DNA of 64,000 bases from Thermoplasmatota archaeon (GCA_041601615.1 JBFIHX010000001.1:320001-384000); one strand, 5' to 3'; counted from the first letter of the stretch, positions 48,027-57,909 are shown. The notes: generated by a model from the letters alone, not told the origin. Program-made: numbers and translations.

Positions 48027-48264
48027 GGAGCGTCGAGCCCGGCCGGGGTCCAAGAAGTTTTTCAGCCGGACTCCAAGGCGTCATCGGGGGTTTTGGACAG
48101 CGGATGGATGATGAGCCACGATCCACGGAAACGACATTTGCCTCAAAATAACCACGCGCTCCGCCTCCGATGGGCCCTCAAACCATCATTTCCACTCCAG
48201 GGGACAGAGTACTTTTTATGACCTCCCCCGAAGAGGTTTACTGGACCTCCCCATATCGCCGTTC

Positions 48265-48405
48265 ATGCACAATGGGAGGGTAGTGGAAGCCTACTGCGAC
48301 AACTGCAAAGAAGTCCGGACCCACAACATGAAAATGGCCGATCCCGGTTCCTGTACCTGCCAAACCTGCGACAAAACGCAGCAATTGATGGTCCCGCTGG
48401 CCTAG
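48265..48405 (+). CDS. 46-aa zinc-ribbon-like microprotein (not in the ORF track)
   Basis: MHNGRVVEAYCDNCKEVRTHNMKMADPGSCTCQTCDKTQQLMVPLA, with CxxC...CxxC. AT-rich TTTTTAT upstream. Confidence 0.6.
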   Translation: MHNGRVVEAYCDNCKEVRTHNMKMADPGSCTCQTCDKTQQLMVPLA

Positions 48406-48545
48406 CCAATCCATCCAAGGTCCAAGTCCTCGTCCGGCGCCTTTTCCTTTTTCTTGTCCACCTTTTTGTCCAAGCCCGCCGCACGACGCTCCTCCAAATC
48501 ATCCATGTCATCGAGGACACTGCGACGCTTGCGTTCTTCAACCAT
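48402..48545 (-). CDS. 47-aa charged microprotein
   Basis: MVEERKRRSVLDDMDDLEERRAAGLDKKVDKKKEKAPDEDLDLGWIG. TTTAT about 28 nt upstream; stop overlaps the zinc-ribbon stop (CTAG). Confidence 0.5.
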   Translation of the reverse strand: MVEERKRRSVLDDMDDLEERRAAGLDKKVDKKKEKAPDEDLDLGWIG

Positions 48546-48618
48546 GCATCCGCCAGCACCCCCCGTTCGATAAATCTGCGCTCCGAAACCCTCAACGCAG
48601 AGGCGACGTGGCGCCCCC

Positions 48619-49275
48619 GTGGACGGGGTGGTCTTCGACTTCGATGGCGTCATTGCGCAAAGCATGGAACAACACGCCGAGGCCTACCGGCGGATACTGG
48701 GCCCGCTTGGAGTCGAAGTGCATAACGCGGATGTGTTTGCACGGGAAGGCGCACGCAGCGAATCCATCATCCGGGGTTTCCTCGAAGACGCTGGACAAAA
48801 CCCTTCTGCCGCCGAAGTAGCACGACTGGCCAACGAGAAGCAAGCCGTGTTTCGTGCGCTCGGGACACCACCCTTGTACCGGGGCGCCGAAGCCATGGTG
48901 CGCGCCGTGCAAGAAGCGATTCTTACGGGACTCGTCACCGGCACGCGCCTACAGAATCTCGAGCACCTGATTCCCAATCTCCTGCCTGGATTCGGCGCAG
49001 TAATGAGCCAAGAAACCTACACCCACGACAAACCCCACCCAGAACCATACCAGAAGGCCGCCGAGGCCATGAACGTGGACCCGAACAGCTTGGTGGCCGT
49101 GGAAAACGCCGTACGAGGCATCCAAAGTGCCCGCGCCGCCGGCTACGGACTCGTGTACGGCATCGCCACCACCATGGAGGCGGAAGCGCTCCAGGCCGCC
49201 GGGGCAGATCAAGTGTTTTTGGACCACAGCCAGCTCGCCACTGCCCTGCTTCAACTGGCCGCTTTGAACAAGTAG
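48619..49275 (+). CDS. HAD-superfamily phosphatase (beta-PGM/CbbY-like)
   Basis: FDFDGV, LVTG, KPHPEPY, VENAVRGIQSA. Confidence 0.9.
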   Translation: MDGVVFDFDGVIAQSMEQHAEAYRRILGPLGVEVHNADVFAREGARSESIIRGFLEDAGQNPSAAEVARLANEKQAVFRALGTPPLYRGAEAMVRAVQEAILTGLVTGTRLQNLEHLIPNLLPGFGAVMSQETYTHDKPHPEPYQKAAEAMNVDPNSLVAVENAVRGIQSARAAGYGLVYGIATTMEAEALQAAGADQVFLDHSQLATALLQLAALNK

Positions 49276-49296
49276 TCCACGCACCCATACAATCGC

Positions 49297-49770
49297 ATGA
49301 GAAAACGCGTCGTCGGCGTCATGGGCGGGCACGAACACGACCCAGAAGCCGAGGCCCTCGCACAAGAAGTCGGCCGCCAGATCGCCAAACGCGATTGGAT
49401 CCTTCTCAACGGCGCCCGCAACGAAGGCGTCATGGCCGCCAGCGCACACGGAGCCCACGAAGCCGGAGGATTCGTCATTGGAATCCACCCCGGCGACCGA
49501 CACAGCCCCGATGTCGCCCCCGGCCTCGACCTCGTCATCTTCAGCAACGTCGGCTACGCCCGCAACGCCATCAACGTCATGAGCAGCGACGCCATCATTG
49601 CGCTGCCCGGCGGACCCGGCACCCTATCCGAGGTCGCCTACGCGCAGACCTACCGAATCCCCACGGTCCTGCTTGGCTTTGACGACAAGGGCTGGTTCCA
49701 AGACAACGTGCGCCGCGCCAAGGACGTGTACGAAGCGATGAAGATGCTGGAAGATATCATGTCCAATTGA
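49297..49770 (+). CDS. LOG/SLOG family protein (TIGR00725-like)
   Basis: VGVMGG, GVMAA, GIHPG, ARNAINV, PGGPGTLSE. Confidence 0.85.
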   Translation: MRKRVVGVMGGHEHDPEAEALAQEVGRQIAKRDWILLNGARNEGVMAASAHGAHEAGGFVIGIHPGDRHSPDVAPGLDLVIFSNVGYARNAINVMSSDAIIALPGGPGTLSEVAYAQTYRIPTVLLGFDDKGWFQDNVRRAKDVYEAMKMLEDIMSN

Positions 49771-49857
49771 TCCACCACCCAAGCTCCCGCCCCCCAAAGC
49801 TCTGCAAACATCCCCAGGAACCTTCAATTTGCCATCCGCATCTTCATGCCCGATTCT

Positions 49858-50172
49858 ATGAAGTGGATCATCCCCCTCCTGCTCCTAGCCAGCCTCCTTT
49901 CCATCGCCCCCGCCAGCGCGGAGGACGTTTGCGTGGGCAAAACATTGGCCAGCGCTTGCTACCACGGCCAGACATGCACAAGTGGCCAAGTGGCCGGCAT
50001 TGTCGAATGGCAACCCGGACCCAACTGCAACAACATCAGCATCGACCCCTTCCCGGACCCTCCCTGCTACGGCATCGAAACCAGCAAAGGCCTCACCGGG
50101 TACTGCCAATTCCAGAACTGCCAATACTGGTACGTCCAAGGCATCTACATCGAGAAGACCTGCTGGATCTAG
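49858..50172 (+). CDS. Small secreted Cys-rich protein (paralog 1 of 3; alternative start 49846)
   Basis: Signal peptide MKWIIPLLLLASLLSIAPASA, 8 Cys, C-terminal LTGYC..CQYWYVQGIYIEKTCWI. Confidence 0.75.
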   Translation: MKWIIPLLLLASLLSIAPASAEDVCVGKTLASACYHGQTCTSGQVAGIVEWQPGPNCNNISIDPFPDPPCYGIETSKGLTGYCQFQNCQYWYVQGIYIEKTCWI

Positions 50173-50248
50173 GCACGCACAACCAAGCGCTCCGAGCTTT
50201 CTGGACATCCCGAGAAACACCCTTCCACAGGGAACGGAATCGCACACC

Positions 50249-50554
50249 ATGCGATGGACATCCATCCTGCTCGCAGTCCTACTCCTGACTCTCTTCCTGC
50301 CCGCCTCCGAGGCCCGGCCCGGCATCCTCGTCGATGACGGAACTTGTTTCGGCGTCAATCCAGGAAACCTAGAGTATCCCGCCGCTGTCCAAGGACTCCT
50401 CGAAGACCTCGAGGAGCCACCCACCAACATCGAGGACCCCCCTGAAATCCCCGATTCTTTCACCGGCTACTGCTGGAAAGCCTGGCCCTGCATCTGCCCC
50501 AACATGTGCCAACACTGGTACATCCACGGCATCTACGTCTTCCAGTTGTGCTGA
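50249..50554 (+). CDS. Small secreted Cys-rich protein (paralog 2 of 3)
   Basis: Signal peptide MRWTSILLAVLLLTLFLPASEA, VDDGTCFGVN...FTGYC...CQHWYIHGIYVFQLC. Confidence 0.78.
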   Translation: MRWTSILLAVLLLTLFLPASEARPGILVDDGTCFGVNPGNLEYPAAVQGLLEDLEEPPTNIEDPPEIPDSFTGYCWKAWPCICPNMCQHWYIHGIYVFQLC

Positions 50555-50621
50555 GCCGGATGACCGCGGCTCTCCGGATGTCCCGAGTTAACCTCAATGA
50601 TCTCGGGCCGAATGACGGGGC

Positions 50622-50867
50622 ATGCGATGGAACGCAATCCTTCTCGCTGCCTGCTTCCTGACCGTACTGATCCCGACAGGAGCCGCCAAGCCCGACATCA
50701 TCGTCGATGACGGCACATGCTTCGGCGTAAACCAAGGGAATACCAATCCGCCGATCTTTGCCGACAGATTCACGGGCTACTGCAACGCGCCCTGCTACTG
50801 CCCCGGCTACCCATGCCAAGACTGGTACGCCTACGACATCTACCTGTTCCACGCCTGCTGGGTCTAA
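50622..50867 (+). CDS. Small secreted Cys-rich protein (paralog 3 of 3)
   Basis: Signal peptide MRWNAILLAACFLTVLIPTGAA, VDDGTCFGVN...FTGYC...CQDWYAYDIYLFHACWV. Confidence 0.78.
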   Translation: MRWNAILLAACFLTVLIPTGAAKPDIIVDDGTCFGVNQGNTNPPIFADRFTGYCNAPCYCPGYPCQDWYAYDIYLFHACWV

Positions 50868-50949
50868 CCTCGCCACAGCACCAGCATCTTCCTCCTTGCC
50901 CGCACCCTCCCCCTTCCCCCTTTTTGAATCCCCTCACGCTCGCCGCCCC

Positions 50950-52008
50950 GTGGCCCACCGAACCTCCCTCTGGGACGCCCACGCCAGCCTCGGCGCGACC
51001 ATGACGGAATTTGCCGGCTACGACATGCCCGTCGTCTACGGCAGCATCAAAGACGAACACGCCGCCGTGCGCGAACGCTGCGGCCTCTTCGATGTCAGCC
51101 ACATGAGCAACTTGTTCTTGGAAGGCCCCGGCGCCACCGCAGCAATCGCCGCCGTAACCACCCGCGACATGGCAGGCCTCGAAGTGGGCAAAGGCCAGTA
51201 CGGCGTCATCCTTCGTCAAGACGGAACCATCGTGGACGACGTGTTCACATTCCGCCTCGAAACAGACCGCTGGATGATGGTGCCCAACGCCGGCATGAAC
51301 GAAATCGTCGCCGCCCACCTCACCATGCACGCACCGGAGCCGTTCGAACTGCACGACGCCACCGCAGACTGGGCGATTCTCGCCCTCCAAGGCCCCGCCG
51401 CCCGCGCCGTGCTTGCCGAAGCTGCTGAAGGAACGGCCCCCAAATTCCACCGCATCACCACCATGAAGATTCAAGGCGAAGAGTGCCTCGTATCAGGCAC
51501 CGGCTACACGGGCGAAAAGGGCGTAGAAATCTACGTGCGCGCCACCGAAGCCGCCGCCGTCTGGTACCACTTGCTCGCAGTCGGCGCCGCGCACGGCATC
51601 GCACCCGTAGGCCTAGGGGCCCGCGACACACTGCGCCTGGAGAAGGGGTACTGCTTGGCGGGCAACGAGTTTGCCGGCGGCCGCACGCCCCTCGAAGCAG
51701 GCCTCGGCTGGCTCATCAACTGGGACCACGAATTTCTAGGCAAGGCCGCCCTCGTAGCCCAACGCGACGCAGGCGACCATGACGTTCTGGTGGGAATCGT
51801 GCAGGAGAAAGGCATCCCCCGCCACGACTACAAGGTCCTCAGGGACGGGGATCCCATCGGAGTCGTCACCAGCGGAACACTCAGTCCCGTTCTTGGAAAA
51901 GGCATCGCGCTTGCATATTGTCGCGGCGTCGGACCCGGCGACGAAGTGCAAGTGGACGTGCGCGGTAGGCCACAAACGGCCACCATCCAAGCGCCTCCTT
52001 TCGCCTAG
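50950..52008 (+). CDS. gcvT: Glycine cleavage system aminomethyltransferase T
   Basis: FAGYDMPVVY, GLFDVSHM, ALQGP, TGYTGEKGVEI, GLGARDTLRLEKG, VTSG. GTG start at 50950. Confidence 0.95.
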   Translation: MAHRTSLWDAHASLGATMTEFAGYDMPVVYGSIKDEHAAVRERCGLFDVSHMSNLFLEGPGATAAIAAVTTRDMAGLEVGKGQYGVILRQDGTIVDDVFTFRLETDRWMMVPNAGMNEIVAAHLTMHAPEPFELHDATADWAILALQGPAARAVLAEAAEGTAPKFHRITTMKIQGEECLVSGTGYTGEKGVEIYVRATEAAAVWYHLLAVGAAHGIAPVGLGARDTLRLEKGYCLAGNEFAGGRTPLEAGLGWLINWDHEFLGKAALVAQRDAGDHDVLVGIVQEKGIPRHDYKVLRDGDPIGVVTSGTLSPVLGKGIALAYCRGVGPGDEVQVDVRGRPQTATIQAPPFA

Positions 52009-52086
52009 CCACAAGGAGAAAAATAGCCCGGAAAGGGGGCCGGTTATGACCGCTTCCAAAATCCGATTGCATTATCAAGCGGAGCC

Positions 52087-53451
52087 ATGACTGGACGGAA
52101 GTCCATGTACGTGATCGTCGGAGGTGCCGGGGAGGTCGGGTTCCATGTAGCCCGCGCATTGCGAGACGAAGGTCACGACGTAGCCGTGGTCGAATCCGAT
52201 CCGCGACGACTGGAACGCGTAAGCGGCCTTGACGTGCTTGCCATCGAAGGCAACATCGCCAGCCGCCGCGTGCTGGAAGAAGAAGCCAACATCGGCCAAG
52301 CGCAACTCTTGATCGCTTGCACGGGCGTGGACGAAATCAACATGGTCGCCGCAGCCCTTGCCAAAACCTACGGCTTGCGCACCATCGCCCGCATCAACGA
52401 ACCCGAGTACCTCAACGTCCCCTACAGCGACGAGTATGCCGGCATGGGCATCGACGTAGCCGTTTCCCCCGAAATGGTCGCCGCCATCCGCATCCGGCGC
52501 CTCCTGAACCAACCGGACCTTGTCAACACCGACGTATTTGCCCAAGGAAAAGTCGTCGTGGCCGAGGGCCGCGTTTCCGAAGACGCATTCGTCGTAGGCA
52601 AGCGCGTGGCAGACGTGGAGCCCCCCGCTGGCTTCAATCTCTTTGCCATCTACCGAGGCGACGACGTCATCATCCCACGGGGCCACACGCGCTTCCAAGC
52701 CCACGACCGCCTCCTGATGGCAATGAAAAACAAGGACGTCCTTGCGGAAGTAGAACCCTATATCGGCCGCATGAAAGCTGTGCAGACGCCCAAAAAAATC
52801 CAGCGCGTGATGATCGCAGGCGCCACCCGTGTCGGCGTGCACCTAGCCCGCCTGTTGGAGCAATCCAAGCGCGACGTGGTCCTCGTAGATGCCGACGCCG
52901 AACGCTGCCGCCGCGCCGGAGAACGCCTCCAAAAAGCCCTCGTCGTGCACGGAGACGCCACAGACCGTGACGTATTGATCCAAGAGAACGTCGACACATT
53001 CGACGCATTCGTCGCCGCCACCCGCGTCGAAGAATACAACGTACTCGCCGCCCTCATGGCCAAAGAACTCGGCGTGGAATTGACCGTGGCCGTCATCAAC
53101 CAACCCGAACTCAAGCAATTTCTGGAAACCCTCGACATCGACCTCGCCGTAGCACCCCGCCTCAGCACCGTCGGCGCCATCCTCAAACACGTTCATGCCG
53201 AAACCGAAGAGGTAAGCCTCCAAAACATGGGTGAAGAGCGCATCATCATCATGAAAGTACACGACGGCTCCGCCGCCTCCGGCAAACCCGTCAAAAAACT
53301 CGCCATTCCAACCCACAGCATCCTGGCCGCCGTCGTGCGCGGCGAAGACGTCATCCTCCCTCGCGGCGACGACATCTTGCATCCCGGCGACACAGTCGTC
53401 GCCTACGCCTTGACCGAGGCCGTGGAGAAACTGGAGCGACTGTTCCGATGA
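52087..53451 (+). CDS. trkA: Trk K+ uptake NAD-binding subunit
   Basis: Two RCK N/C pairs (GAGEVG; IAGATRVG). Confidence 0.93.
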   Translation: MTGRKSMYVIVGGAGEVGFHVARALRDEGHDVAVVESDPRRLERVSGLDVLAIEGNIASRRVLEEEANIGQAQLLIACTGVDEINMVAAALAKTYGLRTIARINEPEYLNVPYSDEYAGMGIDVAVSPEMVAAIRIRRLLNQPDLVNTDVFAQGKVVVAEGRVSEDAFVVGKRVADVEPPAGFNLFAIYRGDDVIIPRGHTRFQAHDRLLMAMKNKDVLAEVEPYIGRMKAVQTPKKIQRVMIAGATRVGVHLARLLEQSKRDVVLVDADAERCRRAGERLQKALVVHGDATDRDVLIQENVDTFDAFVAATRVEEYNVLAALMAKELGVELTVAVINQPELKQFLETLDIDLAVAPRLSTVGAILKHVHAETEEVSLQNMGEERIIIMKVHDGSAASGKPVKKLAIPTHSILAAVVRGEDVILPRGDDILHPGDTVVAYALTEAVEKLERLFR

Positions 53452-54953
53452 ACCTCGGGCCCCGGCTCCTGTCGGGACTTGCAGACGTAGTCGTCGTCAC
53501 CAGCCTCGTGCTTCTTGTCCCCGTCGTCTTTTCCCTCCTCTTTGACCCATGGAGCGCCACCTACGCCGGCATCCACTACCCGCCCGCTGCGGTCGCGTTT
53601 CTTGCCTCCAGTGTTCTCGCCATCTTGTTCTGGCTCCCGGCCAAAATCCTCACCCGCAACGTACCCACGCACCTCAACGAACGCGACGCCCTGCTGCTGG
53701 CCGGCACCGCATGGCTGCTCACCGCAGCGTTCGCCTCCGTGCCGTTTCTGATTTCGGGCACCTTCGCACGCCCCGAAGACGCCTTCTTTGAAGCCATGAG
53801 CGGACTCACCGCCACCGGCGCAACCCTCCTTGCCCGGCCCGAATCCGCCGCACCCAGCATCCTGCTGTACCGAGCCTTGTTGCAATTCGTCGGCGGACTA
53901 GCCATCATCGTCCTCAGCGTCGCCTTGCTCTCCCGCATCGCACACACAGGAGCCCGACTCCTTGGCGAAACCGGCCGAGGAGTCGCACGCATGCGCCCAA
54001 AAGTCGGACAAGCCGCCCGCGCCCTTTGGAAAATCTACGCAATCTTTGCCGGGCTCCTATTCGCCATCCTCGTGCCCGTGTTCACCTTCCACGTCGGCTT
54101 ACCCTGGAAACTTGCGGTTTTCGAAGCCCTGGCCCACGCCATGGCAACCATAAGCACCGGCGGCTTCACCACCCACGCCACCAACATCTCCTTCTTCGAC
54201 AGCGGACTCCTCGAAGGCATCCTCGTCGCCTTCATGCTCCTATCCGGCATGAACTACACCCTCCACCATCGACTCTGGAACGGCGACTGGAAACGAATGG
54301 TGCGCGATGCCGAATGGCGCATCTACCTCGCCGTGGTGGCCATCACCGCCGCCGGACTCACAGGAAGCCTCTGGTGGGCCGGCGAAGGACTCGCCGAAGC
54401 ATTGCGCCACGGGCTATTTACCACCGTCAGCTTTCTGACCAGCACCGGCTACGTCATCGCCGACACTGACCAATGGAGCCAGGCCGCCAAACTCGTACTC
54501 GTAGCACTCATGTTCGTGGGCGCCTCCGCCGGCAGCACAGCAGGCGGCATGAAACTCCTACGCGTCCTATTGCTCTGGCGCGTCGTACAACGAGAACTAC
54601 GCAGGCTCCTGCACCCCCGCGCCGTCATCCCCGTGCGCCACGCAGACCGCATCGTCCCCGAAACCGCCGTCCTCACCGTCGTGGCTTTCTTCTTTGCCTT
54701 CCTCACCGTCTGGATGGTCGGAGCACTTCTGTTGATCCTCCTCGACCCCGCCCTAGGCCTGTTTGACGGCTCCGTGGCGGCAGCAGCAGCCATCGGCAAC
54801 ACCGGCCCAGCCCTCGGCGTCGTCGGCCCCACCGAAAGCTACGCCGCACTCGCACCCGCAAGCCGCATCATCATGGCGGCGCTGATGTTTGTCGGACGAC
54901 TGGAAGTGTTTGCCGCCCTCGTCGTATTCCATCCGGCAAGCTGGAAGAACTGA
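53448..54953 (+). CDS. trkH: Trk K+ uptake membrane subunit
   Basis: FEAMSGLTATGAT, STGGF, STGY, GASAGSTAGGMK, GNTGP, GRLE. Confidence 0.93.
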   Translation: MNLGPRLLSGLADVVVVTSLVLLVPVVFSLLFDPWSATYAGIHYPPAAVAFLASSVLAILFWLPAKILTRNVPTHLNERDALLLAGTAWLLTAAFASVPFLISGTFARPEDAFFEAMSGLTATGATLLARPESAAPSILLYRALLQFVGGLAIIVLSVALLSRIAHTGARLLGETGRGVARMRPKVGQAARALWKIYAIFAGLLFAILVPVFTFHVGLPWKLAVFEALAHAMATISTGGFTTHATNISFFDSGLLEGILVAFMLLSGMNYTLHHRLWNGDWKRMVRDAEWRIYLAVVAITAAGLTGSLWWAGEGLAEALRHGLFTTVSFLTSTGYVIADTDQWSQAAKLVLVALMFVGASAGSTAGGMKLLRVLLLWRVVQRELRRLLHPRAVIPVRHADRIVPETAVLTVVAFFFAFLTVWMVGALLLILLDPALGLFDGSVAAAAAIGNTGPALGVVGPTESYAALAPASRIIMAALMFVGRLEVFAALVVFHPASWKN

Positions 54954-54979
54954 AGAGCCACCCCCGCCTCGGCGACCCC

Positions 54980-56677
54980 GTGGTCCACTCCGAGGTCGCA
55001 TTGCATGTCGCCCAAGGCGTGGAAGCGGCACTGCGCGCCGGCAACATCACCGACAAAGACGGCATCCAGCGCGTCAAGAAGGTCCTCCTGCGCGGCCAAC
55101 ACGCCGCCGTGACCCCAACCGACGCAGACCTGCTTGCCCTGATCGCTCCCGACGCCGCAGCCACTTGGGGCCACCTCTTTTTGAAAAAGCCCATGCGCAG
55201 CCAATCCGGCGTCGCCGTCGTCGCCGTCATGAGCAGCCCCGCATCCTGCCCCCACGGCAAGTGCATCTACTGCCCCGGCGGCCCCGAAGTCAACTCACCA
55301 CAGAGCTACACCGGCTTCGAGCCCAGCACCATGCGCGCCAAGCGCAACAACTACGATCCCTACCGCATCGTACGCGGCCGCCTCGAAGGCCTCGAACACA
55401 ACGGCCACGCCATCGACAAAGTCGAACTCATCGTCCAAGGCGGCACCTTCCCCGCCCGCGACGACGCCTACCAGGACTGGTTCATCGCCGGGCTATACGC
55501 AGGCTGCAACGAAGGCCCCGGCAAAGGCCTCGATCCATGGGAAGACATCGAAGACTGGGAAGCAATGCCGGAGGCCCAACGCACCGCCCGCCTCGAAGCG
55601 CTCCAAGCCACCAACGAATCCGCCCGCTGCCGCGTGGTCGGCCTCACGATCGAAACCAAGCCAGACTGGTGCATGGAGCCCCACGTCGACCGCATGCTGC
55701 GCCACGGAGCCACCCGCGTCGAACTGGGCATCCAATGCCTCGACGAAGAAACCACCAAGCGCACCAACCGAGGCCACACGGTGCAAGACGGCATCGACGC
55801 CATGCGCATCGCCCGCGACGCCGGCTTCAAAATCTGCATCCACCTCATGCCGGGCCTGCCCCGCGTCGTCACCGAAACCGGCTGGGCCGTGGACGGCGAC
55901 GCCGACGCCCGCGACATGCAACAAGTGTTCGAAGACCCCGAGTGGCGTCCAGACATGCTCAAAGTCTACCCGACGCTCATCGTCGAAGAAGGCGAAACCA
56001 CCCTCAAACGCTGGTGGAAAGAAGGCCGCTTCGAGCCCATGGACACCCAAGCGGCTTCCACCGTCATCTCCAAGGGCCTCCAATTTGTTCCTGAGTGGTG
56101 CCGCATCCAGCGCATCGACCGCGACATTCCCACCACACACGTGCTTGCGGGCGTCCAGAACTCGAATCTGCGCCAAATCGCCGAGGCCGAAGCCCAAGAC
56201 GCCGGCACGAAGCTGCGCGACATCCGCAGCCGCGAAGTCGGCATGAGGCTCCGCGAGGGCCACACCATTGAACCCGACCGCCTCGTCGTCGTGCGCCGCG
56301 ACTACGAAGCCGGAAACGGCCTCGAAACCTTCCTTAGCCTCGAAGACCCCGAAGTGGACGCACTCGTTGGATTCCTACGACTACGCCGCGTCGGCCCCGG
56401 TGCCCACCGGGCTGAATTCCAAGTCGAGGGAGGCGCTGCCGTCATCCGCGAATTGAAAGTGTATGGAGCGGCACTCGGACTTGGCGAACACTCAGAATCC
56501 GCCTGGCAGCACCGAGGATTCGGCGCGCAACTCGTGCGTGAGGCGGAGGCCATCGCGTTTGAGGAATGGAACGTGGGGCGGCTGCTCGTGATTGCAGGTG
56601 TTGGGGTGAAGGAGTACTACCGGAAGCTTGGGTACGGGGATGAGGGTGTGTTTGTGGCTCGCGACCGCCTGATTTGA
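54980..56677 (+). CDS. elp3: Archaeal Elp3 tRNA wobble-uridine carboxymethyl synthase (radical SAM + KAT)
   Basis: SGVAVVAVM, CPHGKCIYCPGG, QSYTG.EP, ETKPD, RVELG, RELKVYG, QHRGFG, YYRKLGY. Confidence 0.95.
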   Translation: MVHSEVALHVAQGVEAALRAGNITDKDGIQRVKKVLLRGQHAAVTPTDADLLALIAPDAAATWGHLFLKKPMRSQSGVAVVAVMSSPASCPHGKCIYCPGGPEVNSPQSYTGFEPSTMRAKRNNYDPYRIVRGRLEGLEHNGHAIDKVELIVQGGTFPARDDAYQDWFIAGLYAGCNEGPGKGLDPWEDIEDWEAMPEAQRTARLEALQATNESARCRVVGLTIETKPDWCMEPHVDRMLRHGATRVELGIQCLDEETTKRTNRGHTVQDGIDAMRIARDAGFKICIHLMPGLPRVVTETGWAVDGDADARDMQQVFEDPEWRPDMLKVYPTLIVEEGETTLKRWWKEGRFEPMDTQAASTVISKGLQFVPEWCRIQRIDRDIPTTHVLAGVQNSNLRQIAEAEAQDAGTKLRDIRSREVGMRLREGHTIEPDRLVVVRRDYEAGNGLETFLSLEDPEVDALVGFLRLRRVGPGAHRAEFQVEGGAAVIRELKVYGAALGLGEHSESAWQHRGFGAQLVREAEAIAFEEWNVGRLLVIAGVGVKEYYRKLGYGDEGVFVARDRLI

Positions 56678-56691
56678 TAGACCCCATATTC

Positions 56692-56713
56692 TGATAGGGT
56701 CCCTATCATTTAT
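56692..56713 (+). promoter_or_regulatory. Perfect palindrome TGATAGGG-T-CCCTATCA abutting a TTTAT TATA-like box; candidate operator
   Basis: 8-bp arms at 56692-56699 and 56701-56708 in an AT-rich spacer upstream of the ATPase gene. Confidence 0.6.
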
Positions 56714-56745
56714 CTGATATAGGTCGTGTTCCAATAGGCTTTCCC

Positions 56746-57909
56746 ATGGAGCCACCCTTTCGCGTCGGCGGCGGCGAAGTTGAAAGCCCTTACTTCATCG
56801 GCCGTTGGAACGAGTTGAACGATCTCGTGCACACCCTTGGCTCCATGAGCGAGAACAAAGTGGTGCTCGGAATCCGCCGCGTGGGCAAATCATGCCTCAT
56901 TCACAACGCACTCCGAGCCATCCGAACCACCTATCCTGGCGTTTTGTGTGGCAAAATCAATTGTCGCGGAATCGGCTCCCATCGCAGCCTCGCAGATGAG
57001 ATTGTCCTCGCAGCCCTCCAGGCATACAAAGATGAGGCCCTCGTTCGCGGCTGGACGCGGCTTCGAGGGCACCTTGCAAGTCGACGAATCGCCCAAGCCA
57101 TCGACGCCGTGAACGCCATTGAATTTACGGCCGTCCAGGAGTTGTTTCGGGCGCGCATCGAACTGCACGAGCGGAGCTTGTCCGAGGAACAATTTCTGCG
57201 CCGCGCCTTTCAATTCCTTCGCGAGTTCACAACGGCCGACCGGCAATTGGTCCTTGCCCTAGACGAGTTCCAGGAACTCGAAAAGCTCCCGGGCGACATT
57301 TTCCAGCATTTCAAAGCGGCAAGCGACAGCCTACCGAATGTCCGTTTCGTGTTCAGCGGCAGCAGCCTCGGCTTGCTGGAGAAAGTGTTTCTTCGTCCCG
57401 ACAGCCCCCTCTACCTCATGGCGGGAAAAATGCACTTGGCGCCCTTGCCAGACCTCGCCGTGGAAGCATTCGTCGGCGACCGACTTCAGCTTGCAGGCAT
57501 TGAGGCAGACAAGGATACCTGTCTGCATGTCCACACGCGCACCGGCGGCATCCCGTACTATGTCCAGAAGCTTGGTTTACTCATGTGGATTCGAGCGCTC
57601 CAGAGCAGAATGCTGCAAGTCACGACTGACGATGTGGACGCGGCGTTCGAGGAAATGTTGCGGGAAGTGGGCGGCGAGTTTGAGTCACGCCTTGAACACA
57701 AGTATGGGCCGCTACAGAAGGACATTCTTCGAGCCATTTCAGAAGGATTCCACCGCCGCCGAGACATCGCCACCGCCATCGACCGACCGGAAGGGCAACT
57801 AAGTGCGGCGCTTCGCAGCATGGAAGCAGGGCAAGTGATTTTCAAGGCGGGGCGAGGAGTCTACGAAATTGCAGATCCGGTTTTCCAGGAGTGGCTTCGA
57901 AGGCTGTAA
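56746..57909 (+). CDS. Archaeal ATPase family (STAND-like P-loop) protein with C-terminal winged HTH
   Basis: FIGR..EL, GIRRVGKS, LDEFQEL, FSGS, TGGIPYYVQ, Y.I.DPVF..WL. Confidence 0.85.
   Translation: MEPPFRVGGGEVESPYFIGRWNELNDLVHTLGSMSENKVVLGIRRVGKSCLIHNALRAIRTTYPGVLCGKINCRGIGSHRSLADEIVLAALQAYKDEALVRGWTRLRGHLASRRIAQAIDAVNAIEFTAVQELFRARIELHERSLSEEQFLRRAFQFLREFTTADRQLVLALDEFQELEKLPGDIFQHFKAASDSLPNVRFVFSGSSLGLLEKVFLRPDSPLYLMAGKMHLAPLPDLAVEAFVGDRLQLAGIEADKDTCLHVHTRTGGIPYYVQKLGLLMWIRALQSRMLQVTTDDVDAAFEEMLREVGGEFESRLEHKYGPLQKDILRAISEGFHRRRDIATAIDRPEGQLSAALRSMEAGQVIFKAGRGVYEIADPVFQEWLRRL

Noticed and set aside
46850-48260. attR-like direct repeat of the tRNA 3' end, or an integrase, bounding the NRPS island
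   Set aside because: No copy of TTCGAATCGCGTCAGGACC seen by eye, and no recombinase or transposase ORF in the window.
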